From a virus (Duplodnaviria; Heunggongvirae; Uroviricota; Caudoviricetes), in the IMG/VR virus record IMGVR_UViG_3300005260_000047: 40,153 bases of DNA. One strand, written 5' to 3'. The notes beneath the pieces were generated by a model that was not told the DNA's origin, did no database searches, and was given only the letters and a program-made list of their open reading frames with translations. The position numbers and the translations under genes are program-made. Shown piece by piece: positions 1-8,518 of the stretch (the stretch's first letter is position 1; every line of letters begins with the position of its first letter).

Positions 1-336
1 ATGAATGCCGACCTGGTGATTCTTGACGAGCTGGGCTATTTTCCGTTCAGTTCGTCCGGCGGTGCCGTGCTGTTTCATCTGCTATCGAAGCAGTATGAAC
101 GCACCAGCGCCGTGACCACGACCAACCTGACGTTCGGTGAATGGGCCAGCATGTTCGGCGACGCCAATATGACGACGGCCTTCCTCAACCGGCTGACGCA
201 TCACTACCATATCGTCGAGACCGACAACGAGTCGCATCATTTCCAAGACAGTAGCGCGACGGCGAAATCGCACATTCAGACAAGAGAAACGGAAAAGCGT
301 AGCCGATCCAAAAGTAAGGAAACGACAACGGCTTGA
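1..336 (+). mobile_element. istB: IS21-family helper ATPase IstB, C-terminal part (5'-truncated by window edge; appears degenerate)
   Basis: Walker B-like [18 protein letters not shown] and RLTHH...ET.NES motifs typical of IstB; several residues deviate from the usual consensus ([16 protein letters not shown]). Confidence 0.8.
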
Positions 337-429
337 ATCGGCCTGATCGAAATTCATCGCGCGCGAACACCTAGCGTTCAGATTTTATGCGGGTTTTGAG
401 GCGATACGAAATGGGATGAGACAAGGATT

Positions 430-522
430 TGGTGCCCGAGACCGGAATCGAACCGGTACGCCCCCTCTCGGGTAAGCGGCGGATTTTAAGTCCGCTGTGT
501 CTACCAATTTCACCACTCGGGC
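430..522 (-). tRNA. tRNA-Leu (anticodon UAA), class II with long variable arm, CCA encoded
   Basis: Reverse complement GCCCGAGTGGTGAAATTGGTAGACACAGCGGACTTAAAATCCGC...GGTTCGATTCCGGTCTCGGGCACCA folds as a cloverleaf; anticodon loop CT-TAA-AA. Confidence 0.97.
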
Positions 523-561
523 CTTCAGACACTATGTTGCAATTTTAATGCAGCCACAAAC

Positions 562-585
562 AAAAAAAGCGCCGCGGCGCTTTTT
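562..585 (-). terminator. Intrinsic terminator downstream of the tRNA-Cys 3' end
   Basis: Perfect 22-bp palindrome AAAAAGCGCCGCGGCGCTTTTT (564-585) running into T7 on the minus strand. Confidence 0.7.
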
Positions 586-591
586 AGAAAA

Positions 592-641
592 TGGAGGCGG
601 GGGTCGGGATCGAACCGGCGTAAACGGCTTTGCAGGCCGCT
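592..641 (-). pseudogene. 3' half of tRNA-Cys(GCA): prophage attachment-site core (displaced fragment)
   Basis: Minus strand AGCGGCCTGCAAAGCCGTTTACGCCGGTTCGATCCCGACCCCCGCCTCCA gives anticodon arm (GCA), T arm, acceptor 3' strand, U73 and CCA; no D arm or 5' strand beyond 641, where phage-like sequence begins. Confidence 0.9.
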
Positions 642-674
642 ATTTTAACCAGTGAATCAGTGACTTACAGAATC

Positions 675-696
675 CGTCCACCCGATCGTCCACCCG
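675..696. repeat. Tandem 10-bp direct repeat CGTCCACCCG, candidate integrase arm-type sites
   Basis: Copies at 675-684 and 687-696, about 35 bp inside the att core. Confidence 0.55.
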
Positions 697-744
697 CCAT
701 CTGTTTGCAACATTTCTACAACAGAAAAGCGAAGCGCCATTCTA

Positions 745-1332
745 TCACTGGATCAGGTGCTTGTAGCTGAATGCCAACTCGGCCCATACCAAGCCGAATG
801 CTTCGAATACCGCCGCATCCAGGCCGAAGACCGGCATCGGGCGGCCGGCGCGCTCCTCCCAAAACACATACGGGGTGCCGATATGCCGCGGGCAGACAGC
901 CAGGCATTCGCGGGCGATTTCAGACACCGGCGGCATCAAGGCGAGCTTCCTGTAGGTAAGCATCGCTACGCCGATCGCATCGAGATTTGTTTCCAAGGCA
1001 AACAGCATGGCTTGCGCGCGCGGCCGGCCAATGTAATCCATTCCCTCTTTGAGTTCAGCCAGGGTAAGGCGACTACGCAGCGGCGCTTTAAATGACAGCA
1101 TCGGCGGCACACCGATCTCATTGCGCGCAATCGCCTGCTGGATTTCAGTCTGAGCGATGCCAATGGAAGTCTCGGCCATGTCACGCTGGCCAAGTTCAGA
1201 AAAACGCTCAACGAAGGCGAACAATTGCACCGGCTGGATCTCCATGACCGGCTGAAACCATATAGCTGATTTTGAAAGCGGCGAGGCGCCCAACAGGGCG
1301 CCTATTCGACCAATGTCCTTGAGCGCGGTCAT
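745..1332 (-). CDS. Degenerate, probably catalytically inactive tyrosine-recombinase-fold protein
   Basis: LTLAEL...AMLFALETNLD.....LTYRKL and PVSEIARECLAVCPRHIGTPYVF echo integrase box I and flanks; no TGxR arginine and no HxxR or Tyr box; SD AGGAGG. Confidence 0.5.
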   Translation of the reverse strand: MTALKDIGRIGALLGASPLSKSAIWFQPVMEIQPVQLFAFVERFSELGQRDMAETSIGIAQTEIQQAIARNEIGVPPMLSFKAPLRSRLTLAELKEGMDYIGRPRAQAMLFALETNLDAIGVAMLTYRKLALMPPVSEIARECLAVCPRHIGTPYVFWEERAGRPMPVFGLDAAVFEAFGLVWAELAFSYKHLIQ

Positions 1333-1365
1333 ACTATCCTCCTGCGCTCAAGTATAGCGCAGATG

Positions 1366-2004
1366 TCAGACCGTCAATACAGGCGCGCCGCAAAGGATGT
1401 CGGCAATTCTGGTGTCATTGGACTGATCGAAGGATTCAAACACCAGATCGTAACGCAAGCCACCCTGCAATGAGTTGTAGGCGGCAATACGCCAGGTTGG
1501 TTCGACATTGACCATCATCGCCATGCGCTTGGCATAGGAATTGATCACGCGCTCAGAATCCTGCTCTACTTCGGCAGCCAGCAAGTCGCCGCCAAAACGC
1601 CGCAAGAATCTGTCAGTGATGACTGATGTTGGATTATCGATAAAAACGCTGGTCAGTTGCACGTCTGGCCGCTTTTTCGCCCATTTCTGGATTTGCTCGG
1701 CGCCGACCGGCTCGCACACCAAAACGACATGCTCGCCATCCATCCACAGTCGCTCCAGTTCAGCGACCGTTACGCCGTAATGGTGTTCGCCAAACTTGAC
1801 CATTTCGATGAACATGTCGAGCGTTGCCATCGTCAGAAATTTCTCCTTGCTGACGAAGTAGTAATCGACTCCATCGACTTCGCCGGCGCGCGGACTGCGG
1901 GTGGTGGTCGAGACCGCTTTCATGCAGCCGCGCTCGGCCATCATCTTTTCCAGGGTGGACTTGCCGGCGCAGGATGGGCCGGTCAGGGTGGTCAGCTTCT
2001 TCAT
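1366..2004 (-). CDS. gmk: Guanylate kinase-like protein
   Basis: P-loop GPSCAGKST and GK signature STTTRSPRAGEVDGVDYYFVS. Confidence 0.85.
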   Translation of the reverse strand: MKKLTTLTGPSCAGKSTLEKMMAERGCMKAVSTTTRSPRAGEVDGVDYYFVSKEKFLTMATLDMFIEMVKFGEHHYGVTVAELERLWMDGEHVVLVCEPVGAEQIQKWAKKRPDVQLTSVFIDNPTSVITDRFLRRFGGDLLAAEVEQDSERVINSYAKRMAMMVNVEPTWRIAAYNSLQGGLRYDLVFESFDQSNDTRIADILCGAPVLTV

Positions 2005-2225
2005 GATTTCAAAAACTCCTTCATATCAACAGGTCGGAATCGGTCAACTCTTTGGCCATTGTGTTCGACGGTATCGAACCAGCGGGTATAAGGCTGCGTA
2101 AAAACTTCGGCTTGCGCGTTGTGATACAGCGGCTCGTAGACGATGACTTTGCGGCCATTTTCGTCTTTGGCGTTAAAGCTGATCACGTTATACAAATCGC
2201 CTTTGTAGTGCTGCCAGATATTCAT
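2001..2225 (-). CDS. DUF1653-like small protein
   Basis: WQHYKGDLYNVI...VIVYEPLY pattern. Confidence 0.65.
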   Translation of the reverse strand: MNIWQHYKGDLYNVISFNAKDENGRKVIVYEPLYHNAQAEVFTQPYTRWFDTVEHNGQRVDRFRPVDMKEFLKS

Positions 2226-2929
2226 TCTTCAATCTCCTTTATATTGAAAGGCCGCACCAGACCGATTTGTCTGGCGGCATCGAGTCCAATGCGGTTGATG
2301 TGGTGATTGACGGTTGCCTCGATCTCGATCTTGGCCGCGGTCTGTGCTTTCTCCAGCGCTTCTTCCGCCTGCTTAACAACGAACGACACGGAGCCTGGCA
2401 GGTGGCCCAGCTCGCGTTGCAGATCCTTGTGGATTTCGCGCAGCTCCGTCTTGGGCGTCTTGCCAGACTCAATTAACTCGCCAAGCCGCTTGACTTCCGC
2501 CATCGCCTTTTCCAGACGCTCGGCCGCCGATCGCTCGATCTCGCGGCGAAACATGCACGCTTTGGACTCCACCACATCGATAGCAGGAATCGTTTCGCCA
2601 TCGATTTCGGTGATGGTGCAGGGAATACCCTCGCCGCGGTTCGGCGTCGTGATGAATTCCGCGAATTGCGAATGGCTCAACTCAACCTCGATAATCGGGA
2701 GTCCTCGCGAATGAATCCAGTCGTTGCTCAGGTTGCGATGCAGCTCGGCGTGCTTGACGGTAATCCGGATGCGCTGCCCATGCTCGATATCGGAGCCGAA
2801 CATATTACGGTCGCCGCCAGTGATGACCGACATGCCGATCACGCCATAGGCGGGATGATTGTAGACTTCGTGCGGGTCGCACTTGCCGACCGCCTTCTCA
2901 CTCTTGGTTGGTCGTTGCTTGTTGCGCAT
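2222..2929 (-). CDS. Conserved phage hypothetical protein (start reassigned to ATG 2929)
   Basis: SD GGAGG before MRNKQ; HPAYG...FGSD...QFAEFIT...G.G.PCT motif; C-terminal coiled coil. Confidence 0.7.
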   Translation of the reverse strand: MRNKQRPTKSEKAVGKCDPHEVYNHPAYGVIGMSVITGGDRNMFGSDIEHGQRIRITVKHAELHRNLSNDWIHSRGLPIIEVELSHSQFAEFITTPNRGEGIPCTITEIDGETIPAIDVVESKACMFRREIERSAAERLEKAMAEVKRLGELIESGKTPKTELREIHKDLQRELGHLPGSVSFVVKQAEEALEKAQTAAKIEIEATVNHHINRIGLDAARQIGLVRPFNIKEIEE

Positions 2930-3113
2930 TGCTCGCCTCCTTTTGTGCCATTTTGGCCGTAACGATTTCCAGGAAATCGACCATTGTGAACAATGGCACT
3001 TCCTGGCCACGATTGTCGATCACTTGAATGATCACTTGTCCTTTCGGCGTCTGGTAGCTTTGGTGCCGCCAGGGCATTGAGGACTTCAGTTCTTGAAATT
3101 GCGCTTCTGTCAT
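2898..3113 (-). CDS. Hypothetical protein, 71 aa (start at ATG 3113)
   Basis: SD TAAGGA upstream; fills the gap between co-oriented neighbours. Confidence 0.55.
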   Translation of the reverse strand: MTEAQFQELKSSMPWRHQSYQTPKGQVIIQVIDNRGQEVPLFTMVDFLEIVTAKMAQKEASNAQQATTNQE

Positions 3114-3120
3114 AAGTTCC

Positions 3121-3507
3121 TTAGATATGATCGAGTGTTGTTGTGCGCGGCGTGTCGGGGCCGACCACCACTTCCTGACCGAATACAACTCGTCGCAAGT
3201 CGGCCAAATGCTCTTTCATGAGCGTGACTACCAAGTCGGTATTGGCGCCCTGCTGCTGGCCAGATGACGGGCGAATGCCGGCTTCCCATAAGGCGTCGAG
3301 CATAGCTTGCGCCGATCGCATCGATAATTGAAATGCGGGCGCCGGTCGCGGCATGCCTGGCAGCACAGTTGACAAGGCAAGAGGCGGCAGCGAGCAAATC
3401 ACCGCCACTTCACCATGCGGCAGACGTTGCGAAATGAGATAGGTGTCGAACCCGTCAATCGCCGGATTCCTCTCCAGCATCGCCTTTTCAATGACCAATT
3501 CAGTCAC
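3121..3507 (-). CDS. Hypothetical phage protein
   Basis: GTG start with GGGGG SD; packed operon. Confidence 0.6.
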   Translation of the reverse strand: MTELVIEKAMLERNPAIDGFDTYLISQRLPHGEVAVICSLPPLALSTVLPGMPRPAPAFQLSMRSAQAMLDALWEAGIRPSSGQQQGANTDLVVTLMKEHLADLRRVVFGQEVVVGPDTPRTTTLDHI

Positions 3508-3874
3508 AGTGACCCCCTTCAGAATCTACGACATCGACAGCCGCCTTCGGGTTGCTGATGCCGGCCGTAGTCAACTCGTCATTCGACAAGAACAGCCACC
3601 CCTGCACCCAAATGCCATCCTCACCTTCAGACAGGCGGGCATTGTCATCAACCTCGATACTGTCATCCGAACCAGCGCAGTGGTTATCGCGCGCCAGCTC
3701 GATCAAGCCCATGTGGCGTGCGGTCTCAATCGCTTCCAGCTCCCCTACCGAGATCGAATACGGCGGGCGGTACGATTCAGTAAAATCTTCCACCGCGCCA
3801 ACGATCTCGTTACGCACTTCGTTCAGCGATCCTGTATCGGGCCAGTCGATTTCGATTTGAATGATGTGCTTCAT
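3500..3874 (-). CDS. Hypothetical acidic phage protein
   Basis: Overlapping start/stop with neighbours. Confidence 0.6.
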   Translation of the reverse strand: MKHIIQIEIDWPDTGSLNEVRNEIVGAVEDFTESYRPPYSISVGELEAIETARHMGLIELARDNHCAGSDDSIEVDDNARLSEGEDGIWVQGWLFLSNDELTTAGISNPKAAVDVVDSEGGHCD

Positions 3875-4263
3875 TTCAATCTCCCCTGCTCTTTCAGCCA
3901 GTTCATCAGTTCTTCCATCGCGCCGACACCCAATGCAGCCTCACTCATATCGTCATCTGGATCGCCGCCCCACATGCTGCGCGCAATTTCCTTGATCTTC
4001 ATTGTCGCCGGCAGTGGAATTGGGCCAAGATGCACTTCGGTGCCGTCAGTCTTGATGCCAACCGCGTCGCAAGTCTCGATCTCCGGCGCCGCCGCGACGG
4101 TCGGGATCAAGTTGACGGCTTCGGCGATCTTGCGCAAGTCAGCGCTCCCCATTGTGACCGGCCAACGCTCACTCTCTTGCCGCAGGCCGTTTTGCGGAAA
4201 CCACTGCACCTGCATGCCGGCGTCCTCCATCGCCTTCACAAGTTGCGTGACTGTAATCTTCAT
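3871..4263 (-). CDS. Hypothetical phage protein
   Basis: ATGA overlaps with ligase stop and with the next gene; SD GGAGG. Confidence 0.65.
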   Translation of the reverse strand: MKITVTQLVKAMEDAGMQVQWFPQNGLRQESERWPVTMGSADLRKIAEAVNLIPTVAAAPEIETCDAVGIKTDGTEVHLGPIPLPATMKIKEIARSMWGGDPDDDMSEAALGVGAMEELMNWLKEQGRLK

Positions 4264-5687
4264 GCCGCCTCCTTCAGCGCCTCACCCGACTTGATTGCGA
4301 CGCCGAGCTTGGCGGCTTCTTCCTGGTCGAACACGCGCCGCAAGCTGTCGGCCACCGACTTGTCGCGGCGGTAGTCGCTTTCCGCAAAGCGCGGCAAAAA
4401 CAGCGAATGCAGCGGATTCGAATCGGACGGCTTCAGCACAAGGTTGGCCGTCACCGGCATGATCTTGCCGATCCATTCGTCGGGATTGGCATCGACCGCA
4501 TCGCGCATCTTCTCGCCCTTGATGGCGACATCGACTTCGAGCAAGCCGTCGGAGGTGACGCATTTCAGGCTGCCGGCGCGGCCGGCATTCTTGGCGTTGT
4601 CGCGGCCAAGCACGACTCCTTCGATTTGCAGATCGACCGTGAATTCCAGCTTGAGCTTGACCTGCTCCTTGCTGGTGCTGTCCTTCCAGATCGCGTTGCG
4701 ATACTTCAGGATCGTGCCTTCGCCGCCGCGCAGCATAATTTCGGCAGCATGCGCGTAAGCTTCCTTCAGGGACTTGACGATTCTAGTGGGGATCAATTGC
4801 ACGTAGCCGCTCTTATTGCCGGCGCCAAGCTGACGAATCAGGTCGCGCAGCCTGTCCACGTAGGCACGCGCATGCTTGCCTTTCGGCTTGACCGCCGTCA
4901 GTGGAATCTGATCCCACACCATGAAGATCGGCACTTCATCAGGGCTGAAGTCGCCACCCTTCAAGACCGAATTCAAAATGCCGTTGCCTTCCTGACGCGG
5001 CAACACGACGCCGCCGCGCGTAACCAGCATTTCGCCGTGATTTTGCATGCCGGCATCCAGTGTGTTTTGCACGGCTGATGCCAGCGATTCGAATTTCTCC
5101 ATCGGGAACATCGTGCCTTGCCGGCTGTAGATGAACACGGCGCCATTGTCTTCGTGATCGACATTGGCAAACATGCCGTCCGCCTTCTCCTGGCTGATGT
5201 GGCCCTGCTCCCATGCATCCCACTCGGCCGGCTTGGCGTCTTTTGGCAGTGAGCAGCGCTGATACGGGAATTCCGGCACCAAGCCTGGCCACACCTTGTT
5301 GCAGGTTTCTTCGGAAAAGCCGGCGCGCATGTCCTTCAGAATGACACGCTTGAGCAGTTCGGCAGACTTGACCGAAAGGCAGTTGAATTCGTATTCGACT
5401 GCGGCGCGCATCGCATCGCCGGTCAGTTTGCGTGTTGCCATATTGTTAATCAACGCCCATGTGCTTTCGCCAAACTCACAGCCATCTTCGCTTGGTGTCG
5501 GGATGCGCTGCGGCATGTTGCGAATGCCATATGAGATCAACGGGTTATAGGCTGCTTGCAGCACCCGCTTGAGCAAGTCGCAGCCGGCAACCGCCTTGAG
5601 CATGGAGATCTTGTCGTTCTTGCCGCTGGTATTGGCGATGGATTCGACCAAGTCGAAAATCTGATCGCTCGTCATGGAAACATTCAT
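4260..5687 (-). CDS. lig: ATP-dependent DNA ligase
   Basis: Motif I EKADG, motif III HGEM, GEGTILK, KLK, OB-fold end FLPRF. Confidence 0.92.
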   Translation of the reverse strand: MNVSMTSDQIFDLVESIANTSGKNDKISMLKAVAGCDLLKRVLQAAYNPLISYGIRNMPQRIPTPSEDGCEFGESTWALINNMATRKLTGDAMRAAVEYEFNCLSVKSAELLKRVILKDMRAGFSEETCNKVWPGLVPEFPYQRCSLPKDAKPAEWDAWEQGHISQEKADGMFANVDHEDNGAVFIYSRQGTMFPMEKFESLASAVQNTLDAGMQNHGEMLVTRGGVVLPRQEGNGILNSVLKGGDFSPDEVPIFMVWDQIPLTAVKPKGKHARAYVDRLRDLIRQLGAGNKSGYVQLIPTRIVKSLKEAYAHAAEIMLRGGEGTILKYRNAIWKDSTSKEQVKLKLEFTVDLQIEGVVLGRDNAKNAGRAGSLKCVTSDGLLEVDVAIKGEKMRDAVDANPDEWIGKIMPVTANLVLKPSDSNPLHSLFLPRFAESDYRRDKSVADSLRRVFDQEEAAKLGVAIKSGEALKEAA

Positions 5688-6352
5688 GGGTTCTCCTGTT
5701 GGTTAATAGCGTTTTGGGCGGCGATGCGACGCGCATACGCCAATGGGGATTCGCCAGGCTGCATCGCCGGCTTGGCCGGTTGAATCGAAGCGGCCGTGAC
5801 CTTGATCACTTCCTGCATGCGCACCTTGATGTCGGGCGATGCCGGCGCAGCCAGGTCTTCCAGCGCCGCATTGATCGCGCCGGCATAGCCTTGATCGGCT
5901 GCCGCCAGTTCGCGGTCGAGCGCGGTGGCCTTATCCTTCACTGGTGACTTATTGACACCGGCGTGAAAACGCCCTGCCGGTTTCGGATCCTTCGGCAGCA
6001 GGTTCGGTGGCGTCAGGTTTGACACCCGCACGCCGAACTCTCCGGTCGTAGTCAAAGGCAGCGTCAAGACTTGCGGCGGGATGCGCGGAAAAAAATAAAG
6101 CGCCACCCCTTTTAATTGCTCTTCCTCGCGCATGCCGAGCGCCAGGCACTTTCGCATGCGGATCGCTTCATGGCAGTCACGGTAGATGTCGTGACTGCGG
6201 CCCGCCTCGAATTCGGTAATCTTGAACAGGCAGCTTGCGTAAGCGGGTGAGCGCTGGACGGTTTCGCAGCCCTTCAAATAGTAGGCATTGTCGCCGCCGG
6301 CCGACGCGCTCGGCGGGAATGCTTTGTCATGCTTGATCGGTTCATTGTTCAT
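5684..6352 (-). CDS. Hypothetical protein with Cys-containing N-terminus
   Basis: 222-aa ORF coupled to ligase by ATGA overlap. Confidence 0.7.
   Translation of the reverse strand: MNNEPIKHDKAFPPSASAGGDNAYYLKGCETVQRSPAYASCLFKITEFEAGRSHDIYRDCHEAIRMRKCLALGMREEEQLKGVALYFFPRIPPQVLTLPLTTTGEFGVRVSNLTPPNLLPKDPKPAGRFHAGVNKSPVKDKATALDRELAAADQGYAGAINAALEDLAAPASPDIKVRMQEVIKVTAASIQPAKPAMQPGESPLAYARRIAAQNAINQQENP
5934..5951 (-). promoter_or_regulatory. Motif copy, intragenic (core match only)
   Basis: + strand tccttca-ctgg-tgactta. Confidence 0.35.
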
Positions 6353-6364
6353 TTCATTCTCCTG

Positions 6365-6829
6365 TTACCAGCTTCCCCATGATGCATCGCGTTCGATTTC
6401 CGGCTCGCTTTCGACTACGACATCCTCACCTGTTGCCGCAACGATATCTTCCACATCATTGGTGAAGCGAAAATATTCCATGACCGCGTTTTGCACGGTC
6501 GGATCCTTATAATGCTTCAGCCATCCCTTTAACTTATCCTCATCGACGGGGCCACGCACGCTATGCAGCATGTAGGCGCTCGACGCATCAATGTATCTGC
6601 CGCCGTTACGCAGCTTGCGCTTTTCCACTAGGATCTTGTCACGCTCAAGCCGCAACGCCGACAGACTGCCGCGCTCGATCTTGGTTTGCCCGCCGCCGCC
6701 ATTCATTTCGTTGATCTTGCCCCACCGCTTGATCAGCATGGCAGGGCCGTTTGGCTCGTCAATCAAGACGGTTTCGTAAAACTTTGTGCCTCCATCGTGC
6801 TGGAGGTAATGTGCCTTCACATTGAACAT
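6365..6829 (-). CDS. WGR-domain-like protein
   Basis: YL...GGTKFYE.......MLIKRWGKI pattern; SD GAGG. Confidence 0.55.
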   Translation of the reverse strand: MFNVKAHYLQHDGGTKFYETVLIDEPNGPAMLIKRWGKINEMNGGGGQTKIERGSLSALRLERDKILVEKRKLRNGGRYIDASSAYMLHSVRGPVDEDKLKGWLKHYKDPTVQNAVMEYFRFTNDVEDIVAATGEDVVVESEPEIERDASWGSW

Positions 6830-6871
6830 CGCCTCTTCCCCTTGCGCACATCGCGCTTTCTCAATACCGCT

Positions 6872-6915
6872 ATGTTACTGACCCCTGTCAGGACACACAA
6901 GTCATTAATGACTTA
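6872..6915 (-). promoter_or_regulatory. Operator copy (6898-6915) overlapping -35 of TTGTGT-17-TAACAT
   Basis: + strand caagtca-ttaa-tgactta; includes the HNH stop codon. Confidence 0.7.
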
Positions 6916-7398
6916 TCCTGCACGTTTGCCTGTATTGCGTTTATTACGCGCCTGCTCCAATCTTGTCGCCCACTTACAATTGCAAGGCTCGTAATTACCG
7001 TTGTTATCCTTACGCTCGATAGTCATATCTCGACTTGGCTTATCGCCCATATCCGCCAAGAAGTTTTCAAACGATTCAAGCCAGCGATCACATACCTTTA
7101 TGCCTCGACCACCGTAATCAGGATAAGACTTGTTATTCTGATTCGTGCAGCGCTGGATCATAGACGCCCATGTATTGTATTCTGTCGTGCCATATCTTCC
7201 GTGACTCGTTGTCATCTTTTTTGCCAGCTCTGAATTTAAGCAGCCGCATGATCTTGTGTTGCCGCTTACCAGCTTTGTTGCTGCGATCGACTTTGTATTG
7301 CCACAATCGCAAACACACTCCCATCGTCCGTTTCCAAGCCATTTGCGCGCCGTTAGTCTTCCAAACTTTTTACCAGTATGGTCGTTATTTCTTGCCAT
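6913..7398 (-). CDS. Free-standing HNH homing endonuclease-like protein
   Basis: [60 protein letters not shown]; AT-rich. Confidence 0.85.
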   Translation of the reverse strand: MARNNDHTGKKFGRLTARKWLGNGRWECVCDCGNTKSIAATKLVSGNTRSCGCLNSELAKKMTTSHGRYGTTEYNTWASMIQRCTNQNNKSYPDYGGRGIKVCDRWLESFENFLADMGDKPSRDMTIERKDNNGNYEPCNCKWATRLEQARNKRNTGKRAG

Positions 7399-8507
7399 TA
7401 GTAACTCTCCGCCATCAGCAGTAATTTTGCCGCTGTCGCGTTGTTAATTACCGTCGCTCGCCAATATGCTGCCCTCACAACAGACGGCGCAACTTCATTT
7501 GGATCACGCCCCTTCGGGAGAAGGGCTATGCGCGTTATAAATCCATATCCATTCAATAACTTCGCTGCCATCACCGCATCTTTAATTGCCTGTCTTTCCG
7601 CATCCCACATGAAGGTGACGCGCTTTAATCCTTTCTCGCGCAGTGCCATTAACTTACCGAGCTGGCCATCGTCGCCGATCGACAAGTGCTTGCCGAACGA
7701 GCCGACCGGAACCACATCGCGCAGCGCCATTTCCCCATCGAGCGCGATCTTGGTCGCCATCACATCGAATGCACCCTCGCCAATCACGATCGATTCGGCA
7801 CCGACCGCATTGTGGCCGTTGTAAAGATGGCTGCCGGTCGATGCAAAGCCTGGCGGGAACAGGTATTTCTTATCCGCCGCGCCGGTGATGTCGCGCCCCT
7901 GGAACGACACCAGCTCTCCGGCCAGGCCAAACACCGGAATGATGATCCGGTTGCTGTAATCCTGCCGCATCGGCCGGCCTGCGTCGTCGCGATAATCAAA
8001 CGTGCCGCGCAGGCAAAACCGCAGATTGAAGTATCCGGCGATGTCATTCGTGATCGAACGGTTTTCCAGATATTTCAGGTTGCGGCCATTGATCGGCAGC
8101 GCCAGCGAATTTGGCAGCTTTAACTCGTTGACATTCAAGTTGACCGCGGCGCTGACTTTCTTCGGCGGCCGCCAGCCCTGCTCTCTCGCCACCTGCTTGA
8201 TGTGATCGATCGCCTCGCGATGCGATACATTCAAGTAGCTGGAAATGAACTTCCAGCGGTTGAACTTGGTTTCGCAATCGCCGTGAAAGCAATTCCCCAG
8301 GCCGGTATCGGCATTGATATAGACCTTATAGTTGGAATTGCCGCAGCAGGGGCATTCTTTCACGTTAAGCTGCTTGCCGCGCGCGCCGCGCGTGACCCTG
8401 TAGCGGACACCCTCGCGATCCATCCACGCCTCCATGTCGAGCGTGGACAGTGCTTCGTCCAGCTCGCTTGAAGCGTCACGCCGGCTGATGTGGATGGAAG
8501 TCGCCAT
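7398..8507 (-). CDS. DNA primase (Zn finger plus TOPRIM)
   Basis: CPCC...CFHGDC Zn ribbon, FQGRDI, GEGAFD, MWDAE, GRDPNE. Confidence 0.88.
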   Translation of the reverse strand: MATSIHISRRDASSELDEALSTLDMEAWMDREGVRYRVTRGARGKQLNVKECPCCGNSNYKVYINADTGLGNCFHGDCETKFNRWKFISSYLNVSHREAIDHIKQVAREQGWRPPKKVSAAVNLNVNELKLPNSLALPINGRNLKYLENRSITNDIAGYFNLRFCLRGTFDYRDDAGRPMRQDYSNRIIIPVFGLAGELVSFQGRDITGAADKKYLFPPGFASTGSHLYNGHNAVGAESIVIGEGAFDVMATKIALDGEMALRDVVPVGSFGKHLSIGDDGQLGKLMALREKGLKRVTFMWDAERQAIKDAVMAAKLLNGYGFITRIALLPKGRDPNEVAPSVVRAAYWRATVINNATAAKLLLMAESY

Positions 8508-8518
8508 TGCTGTATCTA

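Noticed and set aside
650-667. TGACTTA near att as a sixteenth full motif
   Set aside because: The other arm lacks the invariant TCA (cagtgaa-tcag-tgactta); counted only as a half-site
1351-1377. TTGACG...TATACT promoter for the dead recombinase gene
   Set aside because: Spacer is only 15 bp with no TGn extension; not supported without TSS data
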